Origin: Catajapyx aquilonaris
Taxonomy: Eukaryota
NCBI GenBank assembly: GCA_000934665.2
Contig: KZ538592.1
Coordinates: forward strand, 1-61,144
Direction: 5' to 3'
Length of the DNA stretch: 61,144 nucleotides
Position numbers and translations under genes: made by a program. The notes under the pieces are model-generated. The model did not search any database and was not told the DNA's origin. It saw only the letters and a list, made by a program, of their open reading frames with translations. This document shows, in pieces, positions 46,910-59,700 of the stretch. Numbering within the stretch: position 1 is the stretch's first letter; the number at the start of each line of letters is the position of its first letter.

Positions 46910-47758
46910 ATGTTGTGGATATGGACCTCGGCATCATTGGTTCTGTCACTGTTTGTTACAGATACTTCATGTGGCAGTCCAAAATTTACCTTCTTAAATG
47001 CCAGGTTAGTTCCACAGCCAGAACATACTTATACGGCATATAAACAAGCTGCTATGTATTTGGACTAAATTAATTTTCTTCTCCCCTGCTTCTGCGAAAA
47101 TAGGTCAGAGTGCAAGTGCTTGTATCAAGTGAAGTTTAGTGATGATCCTAAACATGCGATTTTTCTCACCAAGGATCATAAGGTGTTTAGTTGCAGCCAT
47201 CAAGAGGATATCTATGAGTGCCGACTAATGTGTGCATATGAGGTGACATTCGAGGCAGTTTAATTCGTTCACTGCCAGAATAATGTTAAGCGGTTCTTTC
47301 AGATGATGGGCGTCAAGACCTACATGCCTCATCCTAATGGATCTGCCTACAGCAAAGAATTGAACAAATATGCGAACATAGTGAATGAAGCCTGTCGACT
47401 GCAACAAATGGCCAAGGTTACGGTAAGCCATTCTCAAAGTGTTACGTGCACTACTAGCACATGAAAAGCATAATTATTGCAATCCTACTATTGTATTATA
47501 CGAGTAGTTAAAAAATACTCCTTTATGGATGCCACAAACATCTAATCATTTCAGGTGGACATACGGTATGAAATGTGCAACAACGGTGATCGCAAGTTCA
47601 TTTCATTTTCTTACTGCTGTGAATCATATCAGACCTCAACCGCTAATTCTGATCATGACGGCATGAAACACTCTAAAAATAACAACACACTGCAAGGGAA
47701 AGATGTCAAGTTATCCTGGAAGTACACTAACAACAACAGTTGCTTATTGTATCATTAA
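46910..47758 (+). CDS. secreted 10-Cys protein, paralog E (about 185 aa)
   Basis: Exons 46910-47004, 47104-47242, 47303-47422, 47555-47758. CKC..FSC..YECRLMC..EAC..EMC..YCC..WKYTNNNSC. Confidence 0.88.
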
Positions 47759-48157
47759 TTCATGTGGAATTATTTTCAAAACTCTGTATTGTTTTACTAA
47801 TATTCTTTGTAGAATGCATAATGGACTGTGCATAATTAAGCAACTTGGTACGTTATGTCAATTGTACGCTATACAAAAACTCTGAATATTGCAGAAATTA
47901 TTTTCACCCTCACCTATCGCATTGGGAACAGTTAGAGAATACATGAAAAGTTGGGTTCACACAGGGAAAAACATTCTAATCATAATAATTATCAGTCTGG
48001 CCACTTCTCTTGCACGTAAAGAAGCGGCTGCACTGAGCAGTACAAAGTCACAAGTGTCAATAATTGCACTGAAATAGAGTTGAACATTTAACTGTTACCT
48101 TTGGAGACCCTGACAAATCACCGTAGAAACACACAACAACACTTTCAGTCGTCAAAA

Positions 48158-48973
48158 ATGCGGTTTGTATTTTCCAGTGTGCTTCTTTTGAGCACAGTCA
48201 TCATAGCCAATGGGTTGGAGGTTTCAGTGCCAAATAACGACACATCTACAACTTCAGTCCCTGAAAGGACTGCAAGCCAGGCTAACAAGTACATCCTGGG
48301 ATTCAGTTAATATCACTGGGATCGTAAAACATTATCTTTCTTTTTCCAGAGACTGCAACTGCCAGTATCAGGTAAAATTTGGAGAAGACAGCAGAACCAA
48401 TGTGTACCTGGAAGGTAGCTACGAGGCATTTGGTTGCAAATCAGAGGAAGATGTGTTTGAATGTCGCCTGCTGTGTGTCTACAAGGTGAGACTATAGGCA
48501 CTTGAAAGATTCAACAATCCATAAATTAAATCCTGGCATGCAGGTGATGAATCGAAATACCCAGTTGCCCCACGCCAAAGGATTGGCCTGGCTGAAAGGC
48601 GACAAAAATAAAACCAAAGTAAATATTGTGAGTGAGGCTTGTCGCCTGCAGAAGAAGGATCGTGTCACCGTAAGTCTATCGCCAGACTCTTGTAGTTGAG
48701 AATGACCATGCCTTTAAAATCTAATTGCAGGTCGATGTTCGGTACCAACTGTGCAATGGTCCCAACAAAGTTTTTCTATCTTTTGATTACTGCTGCGAAC
48801 TTGAGGATCTCCTAATAGAAAATTTTTTGAAAAAAGGTGTCCACAAAAATGCTCCCAATTCGAGTTATTACTTCAACACCCATGAACATGAGCTGCAGCA
48901 GGACGACTTCACCTCCCAAGGCTTTCCAAGGATTTGGAAGTACACCCCCGACCAGTCCTGTCTCTCAGCCTAA
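48158..48973 (+). CDS. secreted 10-Cys protein, paralog F (about 211 aa)
   Basis: Exons 48158-48288, 48350-48485, 48544-48669, 48731-48973. Clear signal peptide MRFVFSSVLLLSTVIIANG, then CNC..FGC..FECRLLC..EAC..QLC..YCC..WKYTPDQSC. Confidence 0.88.
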
Positions 48974-49427
48974 GGTGCCCAATGCATTTTTACAGTGGCA
49001 CTACCAAATATGTGTCTTTTCATTGCACAGCATGAGTAGCTCAGTTGTCCGGAGAAACCAAAATTTTTGATTGCCCAAAAAATGCACCAAATTACAATAA
49101 AAATCGAAATTCCAGCATGGAAATCAAAGACACTGGTTTTGATTTCTTTCAGTCAACCGCTGGAATTACTCTCAAATTACACATCAATATTATATTTAAG
49201 TGCCCAAACTACTCAACATACCCTCTGCTTACCTAAATACGTCTCAATGTCTCATGTGCATCTCAAAAATGTTAACCTGTGCAGCACACACACTGCAGGT
49301 CATTCAGTTGGAATGCCCTGATTCGCATTCATCATCATTTATTTCATCATCATCCTGATTCGCATTCAGGACAAATGACAAGTGCCGTTAATAGATGCAG
49401 ACTTTTTAATGAATGTGCCTGTGCATG

Positions 49428-51519
49428 TCAAGGAAGCCTTTCGAGGAAACCCGAGGTCTTGCGCACACCGCTCCATAAGATGACCATTATTGCTATGTAG
49501 AGAACAAACCAAAGCAGGAGGGCTGACAGCAAGTAGTAGAGGTAGATGACGAAACCTGTAGGAAACCAAGGAAATTAATTAGAGAACTGTCATGCTTTTA
49601 GTGAGGTGACACATACGCAGGGTTACAATAACATCACCGTCACTTTATGCGTACAGTGCGTGATCTTGCCAACCTTTAGCCTGATGACTTACGTCTGCTG
49701 TGAATCAGATGAAGCCTGTTCATTGGCGACACTCTGTATACTCCAGTCGGTATGCCATCCACAAAGCACCTGTAGGTTCCTTGGTCCTTGACTACTATTG
49801 AACTTATACGCAGCCTGTGTGCAAGATCAATTCGCGCCCTGCCTCCGAAAAGGCGTTTCAGATGCTTCGGAGTTAGGGTTTGGGCTCCTACGGTCCACTT
49901 CACTGTCGACTCCAGTTTTGCCCTGAATAATCATTTTAAAGACACGTCAGTACATAATCATTGCAATTACAGTAATCGATGTGGTGAACAAAAAATGTCA
50001 GAATACGATTTTGTTTAAATTGTTCAGGAAAGTATGCATTTGAAAATAGGTAAATCACATTTGTTAATTATTCGAATTTTCAAAAACATTACAGCTGGAC
50101 TTTAAATTATTATTATCACAAAATGGACTCAGCTTCTTGACTACTGGGCAAGATATTGCAATAACATTTTCACTTTTATTTTTGTAACTTTTCTAATATT
50201 CATTGTGTTTACTGCATTACATTTGTTGGAATCACTCACTGAGGGCAATGGAACGAAATGTCCTTGTCTTCAATAAATTCCAGAAAAAACTGTTCCTCCT
50301 TGGGTAGAGCCTTCTCGGATCCACTGCCCAGTTCTGGATGACTTTCCGAACCTGCATCGCTGCCTGAACCTGCACAAACAAGAATGCACTTAATTATTGC
50401 ACTTTAAACTGCAGTAATCTCCAACTGACTGCCGCCTTGGTCGCAGACCGCAATGCATTTTTCCTCCAGGATGAAATCCGGTATCTCCCTGAGTACGTCT
50501 GACAGGACAGGAGTGCTTTTGGCCAGTTCCATAGAGTGGCATGTAAACTCATGCGACAGCATACCAGCTTCCTCTTCGGACAGTTTCGCCAAAGCTCGTG
50601 ACTTGCTGTTCAAATCTGCCAATTTCTGAAAATATACGGCCATAAGGTTTTTTTATATTTTTTGTTATTACGAGTACATTCGTGCACCTACCTTGTTGTC
50701 CTCAGGCATGTCTCTGACTCTGCAGGTCCCCATTCTGGTTCTCCAACCAGGTGTGTCACCACATGAGCACTTGCTCCATGGCTCCCATCGGTTCGTTGCT
50801 TGAAGGTTATATCCTGCCTCTCGAAGTCGCTTGAAAGGCTCGTCTGTTGACTTCTCCAGCTTGTAGTTGATAGGATGCATATTGTCTATGTGGTACATTC
50901 TCCACACGTCCCAACCGCCATGCATCGGCTCCCTCGTAGCGCTCAGTTTGGCTGAAAAAAATATTAGCAGCAATATTAGCAGTCACATTATATATATATT
51001 TTAAAAACCAACAGGACGTCATATTATATGGAGCTGTGTGCATGCGTACTGTACAACTTACAGTCGACAATGTAATTGATTGTGCGTGAGGAGTCTTCTG
51101 CAGCCAGGACGCAGGAGTAAGTAGCAATCTTATGGTACATAAAGTTTAGGATAATTAGAGTTTTGTCTGAAGTAATTTCCATCTCATCGTCAGGGGTGAT
51201 CATAGTTGGATCGTTAATGAAGAAGCGATCGCTGCTGAACCACTGCCTGTCTAATCCCTCATTGTCATTGCTGTATTTTTTTAAAATAACAACAAATATC
51301 AGATTTCATAAACTGTTAATATATTCTACTGGCTAGCGATACTCACCAAAAATGGCAAGGCATTTCGACTCTGTCGCCAAGTGCAGCATCAATCAGCTTG
51401 TAAACCTTGCGCTGATCCTTTCCTAACAATTCCAAATCATCTACGCATGATTTTTCTGCATCACAGAACCATGGGAATAGCATGGCACATGTTGCAAATA
51501 TGCATAAGCACGAATGCAT
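49428..51519 (-). CDS. FAM187-like type I membrane protein (signal peptide, Ig, TSP1-like, Ig, TM), 7 exons, about 441 aa
   Basis: Exons (minus) 51519-51347, 51270-51062, 50951-50692, 50625-50430, 50369-50240, 49922-49693, 49555-49428 (1326 nt, in frame). Ig1: LGDRVEMPCHFC..RQWF..TLII..ATYSC. TSP-like: WEPWSKCSCGDTPGWRTRMGTC. Ig2: ISFHCP..VKW..RLRI..DQGTYRC. TM: FVIYLYYLLSALLLWFVLYIAIMVILW. The architecture matches my recollection of FAM187A/B, and the family name is less certain than the gene model. Confidence 0.8.
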
Positions 51520-52331
51520 ACTTGGTCCTGTGTGTGTGCAAAAGAAATGTGACAATGCTGCTAATTTAATCCATGTAATAAATTATTGCTTAGTTATTAA
51601 TCAGCTATTTTAGACTATAATAATTATGCACTTGAAATCGATATGGTAACTGATCCTTAACATCATTACAAGTCGTAGCGACGCCTTGTAATGATGTCGC
51701 CTCGATGCCATTAAGACAGATCGATATTTTTTTTAAATAAATGATCTCTGGTTACAGTGACTTACCACCTTTTGTTCTTGGTATCGCGTTTTTAAAAATC
51801 CCTGATTAATCGACACAAATTAATCTTGCTGGTGCTTCATCAGTTACGCCATATCTTTTGTGTCCCTTTAAAAAAAATAATGATTGAGAGCATGGTGCAG
51901 CAATCGGATGAATAAATGACTTCCCTGGATATTCGATCCCCGAACGTGCCAAAATAATGAGTGAAGCATTGTTTGCATGGCAACTATAGTCATGGTATTG
52001 TTATACCCGATCCAATAAACTATCATGTGACGTAAAGGGTTTGATCGTTACGCTCGCGAAGATTATTACTTCTAAGTGAACCCTAGATCACTTTGTGTAG
52101 ACGTATGCATTGTTCAGTAATGAGCAGTGTATTCATTACATCACAGAGCATCGCCTATACAAGAATATTATTTGTTCTTATTTCATCGACGAAGTATGCA
52201 GCTTTATTTTTGTTCCTGTAATCACCTTTCTATATTGAACACAGCAATAAAGATACTACAAATTGTCGCTTCTGGCAGTACGTACTGTACACTAGACAGT
52301 GCCATTGCATTTCTGAACATTCGGACGGAAT

Positions 52332-53107
52332 ATGCTGCCAGTATGGCCAATAATTGTGTGGGTGACAGCAGTGACTGTCACGTCTGCTAACAGAGACGAC
52401 AGTCCAGTGCCAGCAGACAAAACTTTACTGTCTAAAGCCAAGTAAGTTGTCATAATCCGCACAATAATTCAGCGTACAATTATTATTGAATTACCTCCTT
52501 GCTATTCAAGAGAATTATGCACATGCTTGTATCAAGTCCAGTTCGGAGACAGCCTTGGAAAGGAAAGGTTTATGCTAAGTCAGCATAAGGTGTTCACATG
52601 TTACGAAGACGACGACTTCTACGAGTGCCGTCTTCTGTGCGCCTATCAGGTACAGTACACAGCAATGAGTATGTATACAGTACATGTATTGTAATAACTC
52701 GCAGATGATGGACAGGAAGACTTACTTGCCCCATACAAACGGGGAAGCCTTCAGCTCCATACTAAGGGCAGAACTGAACATTGTCGAGGAGGCCTGCAGG
52801 CTTCAGAAAAAGGACAGAGTCACGGTACTGTAAAGTCAACAACCAGTTGCATATGCTACAGGTACTTTTTCCTTTTTTCCAACAGGTCGACGTCAGGTAC
52901 CGTCTCTGCGACGATGCCGATCGTAAGTTCATCTCATTTTACTACTGCTGCGATCCATATTTCGTGACCGCAAAACCATCATCCAGGGAAAACTTTGAAG
53001 TCACAGAACCAACAGACGTAACGGAAACCAAGCCCGGATTCAAAGGACACGAACTTAAGGAAATATCGTGGCGGTACACAGATGAAACAGCATGCCACGA
53101 TCAGTAG
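52332..53107 (+). CDS. secreted 10-Cys protein, paralog G (about 196 aa)
   Basis: Exons 52332-52441, 52511-52649, 52705-52824, 52886-53107. CTC..FTC..YECRLLC..EAC..RLC..YCC..WRYTDETAC. Confidence 0.88.
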
Positions 53108-53407
53108 ATGGCTCTGTGGGGTCCAATCTCCCCCCAAAATATTGGGAACCGACGTCGACGACGCCTTGTTGAGTACGTCGACGCCAGGTGGCTCGATATT
53201 CCCAACTCTGCGGCTGATACTGCAGTCAAGTTCAAGGGCGTCAGGACGTTCAACCTTTCGACCTCTGCAGGAAACACTCTGTAAACGCCCCGCCAAATAA
53301 ACCACACCACTAACCCTCATATTAAACCACTCCCCATTTTAATTATTCCAACACTAAAACCTGCAACTATTGAACAATTTGCCGAAATTTGGCAAAAATA
53401 ACACTAC

Positions 53408-53710
53408 TTTAATGAGATTTACCACTTAGTGCCATTCTTCACGCATAGATGGCTCTCTCCTGCCACCCTCAGGTCGTGCGAGAGATGGCGATACTATCAG
53501 ATCAAACATCCGACGGAGAGAATAAGCCTTTTAGGATTGTGTCGTACTGATGGCAATACTATCAGATCAAACATCCGACGGAGAGAATAAGCCTTTTAGG
53601 ATTGTGTCGTACTGATGGCGCCACCGGACTATTTCTGAAAAAAGAGCGAATCAAAAGTGACTGAATTCTCTCTTTTGCTGCCATTGTTTCGTGGCGCCAC
53701 CAGTACCAGC
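53408..53710 (+). repeat. dispersed repeat with an internal tandem duplication of about 67 bp
   Basis: atactatcagatcaaacatccgacggagagaataagccttttaggattgtgtcgtactgatggc occurs twice. Homologous to about 9555-9700 (cttcacgcatagatggc...caaacatccgacggagagaataagcct). Confidence 0.75.
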
Positions 53711-56700
53711 ACATATTCTTTGCACAGATGTTTGCATTGTGAGCTGGGAATCCTGCAATACCTTCCCTCCCCCCAAAATTTGAAAGCGTCGGTGGCGTCT
53801 TGGGCGACCATATTGATCGGGTAGGGGGAAGCTTTCGGATGGGGAGGGTCGGTGACCTGGCCACGTGGCTTGCCGAGGGTCGAATGAGGTGGTTCCACCC
53901 CCTCCCCCCCCGAAAAAAAAAAAGGTACAGAGAGGAGGGTAAATGACCGAGTCTCTCCCGGTTTCCAAGCGAACAAAATATCTTTATTGAATCCATCGCA
54001 ATACAATTTTTTTTTTGTCATCATTATTTTTATTATTTTTGCAATAAACTCAGTTGAAAGACAATAAACCTTTTTCATCGTCAAAAAAAAGCAAAAACTG
54101 TATAACTTAATAGAGTAGCTTCCAAAAAAAAACACTATTACATCAGGGATACGGGATTGGGATACACACAAAAAAAACATTAAAAACAGAAGACATTTCG
54201 TAACAAAAAATAAAACTACAAGTCGTCAAAATCGACGAGTTAAGTGAGCAGCTCTGCTAACAACATAGAGGGAATAAAATTATAAAAAAGACAATAAAAA
54301 CGTTCAAATAAAATTAAAAAATCGTACCGGTGGCAGGGGAGAACAAATAAACAAATTTAATAATAAAAAAATGGTTCGGGGGGACACTGGATAATAATAA
54401 TAATAATAATACAATAATAATAATAGGGGGGGCGTATACAATATTACAATATACATTGGGAGGTTCAATAAAAGGAAAAAACAACCAACTGGCAGTTTGA
54501 ATCAGACAATGCGGCTGTCCTGCTTTTCGTTCACCATTATTTTTATTATTTGGAAGTCTGTCATTTCATTGTCGCAATGAGATTTTCGAGGGGGACGTTT
54601 CTCCCTCCCAGTGAACGGGGGGGACGATTCTGCTGCGTCCCTCTAAAAAAAAAAACCACATACACACATACAAATCTCCCTTGGGCCCCATTCCCTGCTT
54701 ATTTGGTACCCTTATGTGGACAGTATCGCTTCCAACCCTATAATACAAAAAAAACGTAAACCTCCAAAACATGTGATTGAGGGGGAGAGAAAAACTTAGC
54801 AACAAATGGCCAGGCCCCTCTTTTTTTATTTTAAATAAAATAAAATAAAAATGTAAAAAAAAAATGGGGGGAGAAAAAAAATCACGACGAAAAAACTTTT
54901 CAACGATGGACGAAACGGGGTTCGTCCCTAATTTTATTTTTTGTATTATTTATTATTTGGAATGTCTGCTGCCCAGGGTGGGGGCTAGGATAATAACGGG
55001 GTGGGGGGAGATTACAGCATATTTTTTTTAAACCAATATGAACAATCAAAACTTGGCAGCCATCTTGTATGATAAATCCAAGATGGCGGCTGCCACTTTT
55101 TTTTACACTATAGATGACATACCTGTCCACTTGGTTAGCTGTGATTATTTTTTTTATTTATATTAGGACAAGGTTTTGGGATTGGGGGAGGAAATTGGGA
55201 AGTTTGGCTTGACAAACGCAACAATCAGGCCCCTCAACAATGGAGCGGCGGGGCGTTGGAAATAATGAGAAAAAACAGGAGCCTTCTGACGTCACCTTGG
55301 ACCCTGGGCGGCCCGCCGAGCGTTATTGTCGAGGAACAAGTGACGCAGCGGGCTTTATTTTTTTTATTTATTTTTTATTCTTTTAAAATTCTTCACTCAT
55401 TCATATTTAGCATCACCATCACCATTGTAATCATAAGAGCAGTAATAGTGGTCACAGTAGCTGTTAATAGTTAGTTAAAGACACTCAAGGGGCGGGGGTT
55501 GGTTAAGAAGGGGCAGCACATCATATCCTGGTTAAGTGTGTAATGTATAATGTTGTGTTATGTAGCCAAAAAAAATGGGAGCCACTTTGACATTTTCACG
55601 CGGAATGGATTTTTACTTTGGCACTTTCGTATTTTTTTAAATATATTTTTTTATATTGGAAATGTTAAAATTCCCTTGTCTTTACATAACCCCCCACCCA
55701 CCCTCTTCCCCAAGTTCACACACACGATGAGGAAAAAAAATTATCTTTAAAAAATGGCATATTGGAAATGTGACTCTTTACCCACTCGAAAGCAACGTGT
55801 TAACTGCAAAAATGCAAAGCGGGTCCCTTCTTCGGCCATTTTACCCATTGTTTAAGCATTGTTGGGAAGGGGTTAACAACACCCTTTTATAACTCAAGAG
55901 AGAAGAAAATGCTGGAAGTCATATGGTCCCGACGATTGTTGGGTTCTTAACCCCTTGATCATTTTAAAAAGGACAAAGAAATGATCTGGATGGAAGATTG
56001 TAATTTTTTTTTTGGAATGGAAACGACGGGATTTTACCCATTCATCGTACTCAACAATGCAGAGCACATTGCAGTGCAATTCTGCAATACATTTTTTTAC
56101 ATCCGACGAGTGGTAATGAGCTGCCCTTCATTATTATTATTTTTTAAATAAAACAAAACAACCCCACCCCTTCTGCCTCTATCTCGCGCCTTGCCGGAAC
56201 GGTCATTTATTTTCTCTCAAAAGGCTACTATTCGAAAAAGGCTCACAAATACACCAAAGCACAGGAAAAAATTCTTACAGTCTATCAGTCCCACATGATT
56301 GTAGCGCCCAGAAGGGGCCCACCGGGTACCCAAAACTCCTCCACAAAAGAAAAGAGTTGGGCCCCTGCATTTATTTATTTTTTACTTACGTTTCTCATAT
56401 AATGATTAATATTTCCTTAAAACGATTAGCATAGGCTAAGCAATCACCTTCCGATCATCCATCAAAAAACTACAGACAACAACGCTGGGCACCGGACTCA
56501 CCCCTCCGTATTTTTTTCCCCCCAATAAAATTCGTGGGTTCTTTTCAAAAATTGGGTTTATAGGGTGCAGGAGAAAAGGACGGGCAAAAATAATTTTTTA
56601 CCCAGCAATCTCCCTTTAAAATAAGGAGACCCAAACAATTTTTTTTTTTTTTGGCCAAGCCTGGCATCCCAGCTGTCACTAGAAAACACGCCTACACCAG

Positions 56701-59700
56701 CCGCTACTATGATCTACCACTAGGCCGGTTTTTTCCCCAAAAACTGGATATGTGTACGGAAAAGGAGGAGGAATAAAAGTACACGTCCTGGAAAGTTCCA
56801 CACACGAGTTATTTTTCTTTTCACTGATAAAAACCATCAGGCCCACATGTTCCTCTGTCTATTTAAAAAAAAAAAAAAGTTTTTACTTGTAAATGCTTGA
56901 CTAGAAGAACATTTACACTCACACATTTGTTTCCTCGTAACCAGTCTTTTGATTGCAACAGCTTTATATTTCATAAATTCCCCCCTAAACTCCCTTCCAG
57001 GTAAATATTTAAAAAAACAAAAAACGTACAATAAAATATAATCAAAAGACCCTGTTACTTTCCAGCACACATACTTTTTTCTTGTAGTCACTTTATTTAT
57101 TTTTTTGGAAGTGTTTAAAGAGTTTGGGGGAGAGAGCAACACACACTGTAAAGGTGATCCCACAAAATTAAAAATTGAGAAAAAAGAAATTCATTACCAC
57201 TATGCGCATTCACTCCAAGCACTGAGGCAAGTGAAAACATTCAAGGAGTATATAATAGTACAATGTCATCGCTATTATCAACCATGAACGTTTGCATTAT
57301 TTCGTCAAGTTCTTTTTTTTTCCACTATTTCCCCTTTTTTGAGGCCAAAACTGGGATACTTTAACAGTTAAAAAACTACAATAACAGTGAGGCACCACCA
57401 ACAGACTACTGTGTTTCCAAGATGCAGCAGCAGGAGAGGGGATGGGGAATTTGGACTTTGTAGGGGGAGGGAGTTAGGAAAAAGGGGGCAGAGGTTCAAC
57501 AAACAACAAAAGAAACAAAAATTGTTTGTATAATAATAATATTCTTAATCATCATAAACAGCGGCCTTGCCAGGAAACAACACAAAAAAAATACAAATGA
57601 GCCACCATCCCATTTTTAAATCCATTTTTGGGGGATTTTTCTTTAAAACCCGAGGGGGGGATTACACCCACAAAAAAAAAACAGAAAAAAATACTTTTCA
57701 AGTAGGAATCTTATTTTTTTTCGACAATAATATCTTTACATAAAACAATTGCTGCCGCTGCGGGGGAGAAAAATTAATACAAAATAGAAACATACAACCT
57801 ACGCTTCATATATATAAAAAAAAGAAAACTACCGATAATAATAGTTTCTTTTTCTTAAAAAAAATGGTACAAATGGCTTATAAACCAAGCACAAAAAAAA
57901 CCAAAACATAACAACAAAATGCCGGGAAGAAGCGTCCTGACTCTCGCTTGTGATTGTTGCGTCAGGCGCAGGACTAGGGTTTGCAGATTAATATTTCTTT
58001 AAAAAAAAATTATTAAAAAATGATTCAAAATGCTGGGTTAAGAAGGGGGAGGGTAAGGATCAGGAGGAGGGGGAGAAACAGGGCAGGGCGGAGATATATA
58101 ATTATTTTTATATACGCGTCCTTTTTTCAGCAGAGACTTGGCACTACGGACTGCTTTGTACAACTGGTGTATTTTTTCTTGGGATTTTTTTTTGTCAGTT
58201 TTACCACACAACAAGAGAATAATTCATAATCAGGCAAAAACTTTCCTGATTTTGAACAGAAGTCTTTTTTTTTATCCTTAATGAACAATAATGGGTAAGG
58301 AGGAGGCAGGTTGCTTTCAGGTAAATGGGGGGGATTATTTTAGGAATTACGGGCTAACAACACAAGGGTATCCTATTTTTTATCAATACCTATACCTTTA
58401 TCTTTCTTATAAAGAATTTCCCTGGCAGAAAACTTCACGTTCACAAACACTACGAGATAGTAAAGATTGCTACATACACCACTCAAAAGGAGGCAATTAT
58501 TGAGATTGTTGATACTTTTCCTCCAATTGCATTTTCCACATTTCCACCTTTTCCTTCCTATACTCAACTCTTATTTTATTATTTTTTTCATCATCTTTTC
58601 TTTCCTGCTCTACAACACAGAATCCACAAGTGATGCAGAATTGTACTAATAACCCATAATTGTTGTGAATTTATCGAATGGATTGGAGGGGCGTTTGGGG
58701 GAAGGGGAAAAAAAGGATTCAATAACAGCCAGCAACAATTTGTGCTTTGGGACTAATTTGTCGGACGGGCAGGGGCCGCGTAATACTTTCAAAGATATTT
58801 TTAAAAAATGATTTCATTAAATCAATGGGAAGATGAGTTCTTTAATTATTGCTGAGAAGTGAAACAAAATTAATAATTAATGATGAACAAAGTTTAACAA
58901 TCAAAGATAAGTACGCGCGACCCCCAAAAACTAACATGGACTTTTCAGTGACTAGTGTCATTTTTTGGGGGTTCAAGCCCAGGAGATAGGTTGGGGAATT
59001 GGGTTGGGATGGGATGGGATGGGGGGTAGATTGCATATTTTCGTCACAATTCAGTTTGCATGTGGTACACAAGACTTTAACCTTTGTAGGCACTTTTTGT
59101 TCCAAAAATTGGGGATGTTGCTTCCCTGATTTCAACGTGTTTTTTTCTTTCCTTTCTTTCTAGAACAGTTTAAAATGAACTTGGAAGATTAATTTTGTAA
59201 CATTTGTGATTTAACAATAGATTTAAAAATATGGCCTGAAAATCTCAACTATAACTGCAAGTGAATGATTACTTTGTGATTATTATTATTATTATTTCTT
59301 TAAAAGACAAGTGTAGGTTAACTACAACAGTATCCTACACACAGAATGGTAAATTCATATTACAAAAAATAAAATAAAACTAAGTCCAAAAGCCCTCAAA
59401 GGTTAAAGCGACTTCTTCAAAACTCAACTTGTGTCAACTGTAGTTACGTCCAAAGTGTCCCTTTGATAACCAACATTATTTTATCCTACACCTGGGATAT
59501 GACGGTTTAAGTTACTTTTTTTCTCTCTCACACACACACAACACGAGGGGAGGAAAAAAACAAATATTTATCTGCCACGACACAATGTTTCCTGGGCTTG
59601 GATTAACTTTGCATGTTGCATTGAGGTCAGGTTACTTTTTTTTTTCCTTCCTTAAAAGATGGGCATGCCAGGTCACATAAGGTCACTCCCACCGAAAAAA

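Noticed and set aside
49279..49791. Plus-strand Cys-rich ORFs (ECACAC, YVCCES) as an eighth paralog
   Set aside because: The Cys spacing does not fit the family, and the region is explained by the antisense FAM187-like exons 6-7.
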